From assembly GCA_002423205.1 (NCBI GenBank), contig DIUZ01000002.1, positions 129,409 to 193,408 on the forward strand: DNA of 64,000 nt, in the 5' to 3' direction. Below, one piece after another: positions 60,959 to 64,000 of this stretch. The stretch comes from Micavibrio sp. UBA6145. GTDB taxonomy: Bacteria > Pseudomonadota > Alphaproteobacteria > Micavibrionales > UBA1664. The notes beneath the pieces were generated by a model, which saw nothing but the letters and a program-made list of their open reading frames with translations, was not told the DNA's origin and ran no database searches. Numbering within the stretch: the stretch's first letter is position 1; every line of letters begins with the position of its first letter. Both the position numbers and the translations under genes were made by a program.

Positions 60959-61161
60959 AAATCCCCATATGGGGATTTTCGGGGCTTAATAACCCCGTGT
61001 TAGACGGTCGGCGTGTCCGAAATCACGCCGCTTCTCGTGCCTTACGGCCGGGAGGCGGCGGCGTATGTCCAAAGCCTCGGCTTAAAGGCCGTCGCGGTCG
61101 TTCTAACACGGCTTATTAACTCCCGGTCACCAGAGAGGACATCTCTGGTGACTTTGTTTTT
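60959..61161 (+). ncRNA. Highly structured leader RNA or sRNA of about 200 nt ending in a strong intrinsic terminator
   Basis: Putative promoter TTGACC (60924-60929), N17, TAGCGT (60947-60952). 5' palindromic hairpin AAATCCCCAT/ATGGGGATTT (60959-60978). Nested long-range helices: GTGTTAGA 60997-61004 with TCTAACAC 61102-61109, extended by TTAATAA/TTATTAA and CGGTCG/CGGTCG-type pairs. Inner ACGGCC..GAGGC / GCCTC..GGCCGT rod. Terminator GTCACCAGAGA-ggaca-TCTCTGGTGAC-TTTGTTTTT (61126-61161). Confidence 0.45.
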
Positions 61162-61187
61162 ATCTAAACAAGGGAAAGGGACTGAAT

Positions 61188-61640
61188 ATGAAACGAATAG
61201 GAAAATATCTTATAGTTTGCGCCGTCATGGGTTTGGCAGCTTGCGCTTCTCCGGCGGCGCAAATGTCACCGCAGCAAATTTCTTCTTTATCCAATCAGCA
61301 GCTATGCGATCTCCAGAATAATTATCTGTGGGATCAGAACACAGAAATTGAAATTGGACGCAGAAATCTAAATTGCGATCCGATTTACAATGAATGTCTT
61401 TTGAGGGGCATGAAACCGGATGGTCCGGAAATGGCTTTATGCATGAATCAAATTCGTGAAACTCAGGCATTACAAGCAAAAGTCGCTCAACAGCAAAGAG
61501 AGTTAGAAACTGAACGCACCCTCAATGAAATGAGAGCAGGAAACCAGCAACAGCAAAATCAAGTAATTGTAGTTCAGCCTGGTTCACAGCGAAAAGCTAA
61601 CACTTCACCATTTTGCCCTACTTTCCCTTACTGTAACTAA
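61188..61640 (+). CDS. Lipoprotein with a Gln-rich coiled-coil-like C-terminal half
   Basis: Lipobox GLAACAS. RBS AAGGGAAAGGG upstream. 150 aa. Confidence 0.6.
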   Translation: MKRIGKYLIVCAVMGLAACASPAAQMSPQQISSLSNQQLCDLQNNYLWDQNTEIEIGRRNLNCDPIYNECLLRGMKPDGPEMALCMNQIRETQALQAKVAQQQRELETERTLNEMRAGNQQQQNQVIVVQPGSQRKANTSPFCPTFPYCN

Positions 61641-61981
61641 ACAGAGGCGGGGAAACCTGCCTCTGTTTTTTTAAGGTCTGTCAAATATGCGTGTGCACGT
61701 ATTAATATATTCTCGTTACTTCTGCGATCTGTAAGAATTTTGGCCATATTTGAAGCATCCATGTCCAGTGCTGCGGCAAGGGCGCGGATGGAAATATTTT
61801 TCTCTTTCATTTTGTCGCGGATTTTATCGAGTGTTGATTTTTGTTCCGCACTTTTGATTTCAAGAATTTTTATGGCGCGGTGAATTTTCATCAGCGTTTT
61901 ATTGGACGGATTAGCTCGACCTTTTGAAATCTTCAATACGTAGCGTTCCGATAAATTCGCGAGTTCTGCCAAGTTCGGCAT
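61637..61981 (-). CDS. Small helix-turn-helix protein downstream of cas1
   Basis: Start trimmed to MPNLAELANLSERYVLKISKGRANPS... It has two XRE-like HTH-type segments; the second is ISIRALAAALDMDASNMAKIL. Confidence 0.5.
   Translation of the reverse strand: MPNLAELANLSERYVLKISKGRANPSNKTLMKIHRAIKILEIKSAEQKSTLDKIRDKMKEKNISIRALAAALDMDASNMAKILTDRRSNENILIRAHAYLTDLKKTEAGFPASV
61641..61672. terminator. Intrinsic terminator between convergent genes
   Basis: ACAGAGGC-ggggaaacct-GCCTCTGT-TTTTTT. Confidence 0.7.
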
Positions 61982-62206
61982 ATTTCTGCAGAATTTCAGA
62001 GGGTGTAAATTTAAATAAAGCCGCATTAAGGGTTTTCCCCTTTTTCCAAAAATTCAGTAATTCTTGCGGGGAGTGGTTATTATCCAAGAATTGCCTCTGG
62101 CATAAATTCAATATATTCAGGCCCAATTTTATGGGGGCTCACCGAAATATAAAGGAAATTATTAAGGCCGTATTTTGAAATAATTCAATTAATTAGGCCA
62201 AATTAG

Positions 62207-63394
62207 CTAAATCGAATTATTTACAATGCTCAATTCTGGTGAATTTTGGCTGTTTACAGCCTTTTTGGATATATTGCCGCCAAATAGCTTTTTCAAATTA
62301 GCGGCAGTTATAGTCTCTATTTCAGGCATATCTTGAACCAATTTCACAATGACGCGGGCAAATTGAGGATGAAGGCGGCATATTCCGTTTTTATTCAAAA
62401 TAAAATCATCCGGCGAAAACGTATGCTTAATAACAAAATCCAGTACTTTCTGATCCATGACCGGGCGTACGGGCTCCATAAGGTCAAATACCAATGAAGG
62501 GCGGTTATTACCGCTGGAGTGCATGTAGCTAATTGTAGGATCAATCCCCATAGCCAATATCTGCCCCCGTACTTGATTTTCTAATACGGCATAGACGTAA
62601 TTTAAAATGGCATTGACCGGGTGCAGGGCAAACTGGTTACTATCGTTAGAGCCAATCCTTGTTCCTACGCGTAACCATTCTTGTGGAACTGGTTTCCGGC
62701 CAAGGCCTTTCCACTTTAAAGATAGCGTGTACCAGTATCGGAAATAGGCTGCCGCCGCGATTCCTTCGACAGCCAAAAGTGAATTTAAATTGACGGGTGG
62801 ATTTTTCTTTAAGGCCAAAATTTGAGCCTCTATTTTCTGCAATATCAATTCACCTTCAGGAGAATTGTCTGAAATACGTTTTATAGTTTCATGGCAATTT
62901 TCTATTTTTTTGAGAATAAGCCATTTTGAAAATTCAAAACCTTCACCGTTGTCTCGAATTTCTAACTGCCTTTTCACTAAGTCTGGGTTAGCGGCATAAT
63001 CTGCTTGTCCAATACTGGCCAGATGACCCTGCCAATTGATTTGAACCAAAGCGACACCCTGTGCTGATAGCCATTGCAAGGCATCAAAAGTGATACTGCC
63101 ATCACCGTCCAATATCACAATGCGAGAGGGTAATTGGCGGTCTCGCGGGAAAAAGCGGTGTTCTTCCCGCTCTTGCGGATAATGAGTGAACCCACATTTT
63201 ATCAATAATGTGCCGCGATCTATATTCAGCCGGATACCATGGCCGCTCAATACAAGCGGCTTGTGCAATATGCGGCGTTTCCGGGCTTTGTACTGGGGAA
63301 CGGGGTTTAATTTTTTCTGCCAATATTCGCCACGTTCCGCCCATGCGTTATCATTGTCATTCTGGCTGGTGGTGTTCGTAAGAGGCAAATTCAT
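62207..63394 (-). CDS. cas1: Cas1-family integrase/endonuclease, stand-alone in this window
   Basis: 395 aa. N-terminal beta-domain pattern (VLSGHGIRLNIDRGTLLI...RIVILDGDGSITFDALQWLSAQGVALVQINWQG). Catalytic helical domain with LLAVEGIAAAAYF (Glu), NAILNYVYAVL, GIDPTISYMHSSG (His) and LVFDLMEPVRPVMD (Asp/Glu). Confidence 0.85.
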   Translation of the reverse strand: MNLPLTNTTSQNDNDNAWAERGEYWQKKLNPVPQYKARKRRILHKPLVLSGHGIRLNIDRGTLLIKCGFTHYPQEREEHRFFPRDRQLPSRIVILDGDGSITFDALQWLSAQGVALVQINWQGHLASIGQADYAANPDLVKRQLEIRDNGEGFEFSKWLILKKIENCHETIKRISDNSPEGELILQKIEAQILALKKNPPVNLNSLLAVEGIAAAAYFRYWYTLSLKWKGLGRKPVPQEWLRVGTRIGSNDSNQFALHPVNAILNYVYAVLENQVRGQILAMGIDPTISYMHSSGNNRPSLVFDLMEPVRPVMDQKVLDFVIKHTFSPDDFILNKNGICRLHPQFARVIVKLVQDMPEIETITAANLKKLFGGNISKKAVNSQNSPELSIVNNSI

Positions 63395-63607
63395 AGCAGT
63401 AAATTAGCAATTTTAGCCGTCATTCGCCATAGCTAAGCTATTGATTTCAGTGTAGAAAGTGAAAAAACTGCGACTAGGTTTCAAAAACTAGAAGCAACTC
63501 CCAAGTACTAATGAACGTAGGCCAAAAGGATAAAACAGAATTATTGCTTTTATTTTACATAACTTTAATGTATCTTCTGCCTTAACTAATAACGATTGGA
63601 GAAAATC

Positions 63608-64000
63608 ATGTCTATTGTGGAAGCACGTGTATTTACAGACAGCAGTGATGTCGCGCTATCAAATGCAAAATATAATAAATTCGACGAGAAATATCTTCAT
63701 AGCAAAAGCGTTGAGCATTTATCTCTTCTAAAAGAGAAACTAGGTTCCGATATTAAAATAGAACTAGGTTTGGCATTTATGTTCACCACCCTGGGCGTAA
63801 CATCACTAGGATATGCAGTTGGAGCACCAACAATGTTGCAAAGCACCCCGCAACTAGGCTTGGCAGTACAGGCTGTAACAAGCGCTATGGCGGTGGGATC
63901 GGCATACTTTCTGGCCAGAACATTTTTTGCAGCCGTAAATAATGATACGAACCGCGACGATGTTAAAAAAATCTTAACGAAAAAAGCAGTGAACCCCACT
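63608..64000 (+). CDS. Hypothetical membrane protein (partial; runs off the window end)
   Basis: Hand translation from the ATG at 63608 (RBS GGAG 7 nt upstream): MSIVEARVFTDSSDVALSNAKYNKFDEKYLHSKSVEHLSLLKEKLGSDIKIELGLAFMFTTLGVTSLGYAVGAPTMLQSTPQLGLAVQAVTSAMAVGSAYFLARTFFAAV... There is no stop before 64000. It has two hydrophobic segments and is AT-rich. It is not in the ORF track. Confidence 0.5.
   Translation, partial: MSIVEARVFTDSSDVALSNAKYNKFDEKYLHSKSVEHLSLLKEKLGSDIKIELGLAFMFTTLGVTSLGYAVGAPTMLQSTPQLGLAVQAVTSAMAVGSAYFLARTFFAAVNNDTNRDDVKKILTKKAVNPT

Noticed and set aside
61013-61321. 102-aa plus-strand ORF across the structured RNA region
   Set aside because: It starts inside the nested helices, reads straight through the strong terminator and, out of frame, into the lipoprotein gene. 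It has no RBS. The RNA structure and the 61188 lipoprotein frame explain the sequence better.
57819-63564. Direct repeat TATTTTACATAA(T/C)T at 57819-57832 and 63551-63564, considered as possible att sites or a target-site duplication for a cas1-bearing element
   Set aside because: It is only 13 of 14 nt in AT-rich DNA. I found no terminal inverted repeats immediately inside the two copies. The AT-rich island clearly continues beyond the right-hand copy, since gene 63608-64000 has the same composition. Both copies sit in 5' UTR-like positions, so chance or promoter-related similarity is at least as likely.

Overview
This 64-kb window looks like a moderately GC-rich alphaproteobacterial chromosome. 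That call rests on gene content and order (ispH-thrB-rnhA, pcm-nlpD-like, yajC-secD-secF, waaA-lpxK-acyltransferase, xseB-ispA) and is an inference. I support about 65 protein genes, one tRNA-Leu(GAG), several intrinsic terminators and two candidate small or leader RNAs. I saw no rRNA and no CRISPR array. Most of the window is housekeeping: envelope, isoprenoid, amino-acid, Sec and lipid A genes. Four regions stand out. (1) From about 57820 to the window end there is a visibly AT-richer accessory island. It carries a stand-alone cas1 with intact catalytic residues but no visible cas2 or array, and a cas1 relic forming a 104-bp inverted repeat about 4.9 kb away. It also holds a roughly 200-nt highly structured leader or sRNA, a truncated DUF4238 gene, a GT2 and an isochorismatase-family gene. 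(2) At 44261-47258 a two-gene secreted module is duplicated in tandem. One copy has a Cys-rich, lytic-transglycosylase-like N-terminal extension, and the module sits directly upstream of waaA-lpxK. (3) At 2753-9847 there is a cluster with an orphan HExxH protein, a membrane-anchored kinase-like protein lacking catalytic residues and coupled to a small membrane protein, and two patatin-like phospholipases, one frameshifted. (4) At 11355-11470 there is a candidate sRNA with a CCUCCC motif and tandem terminators. The supplied ORF track omits two partial genes at the window edges (1-1770 minus, 63608-64000 plus); I recovered both by hand translation. All functional calls come from motif recognition by eye, with no database search.
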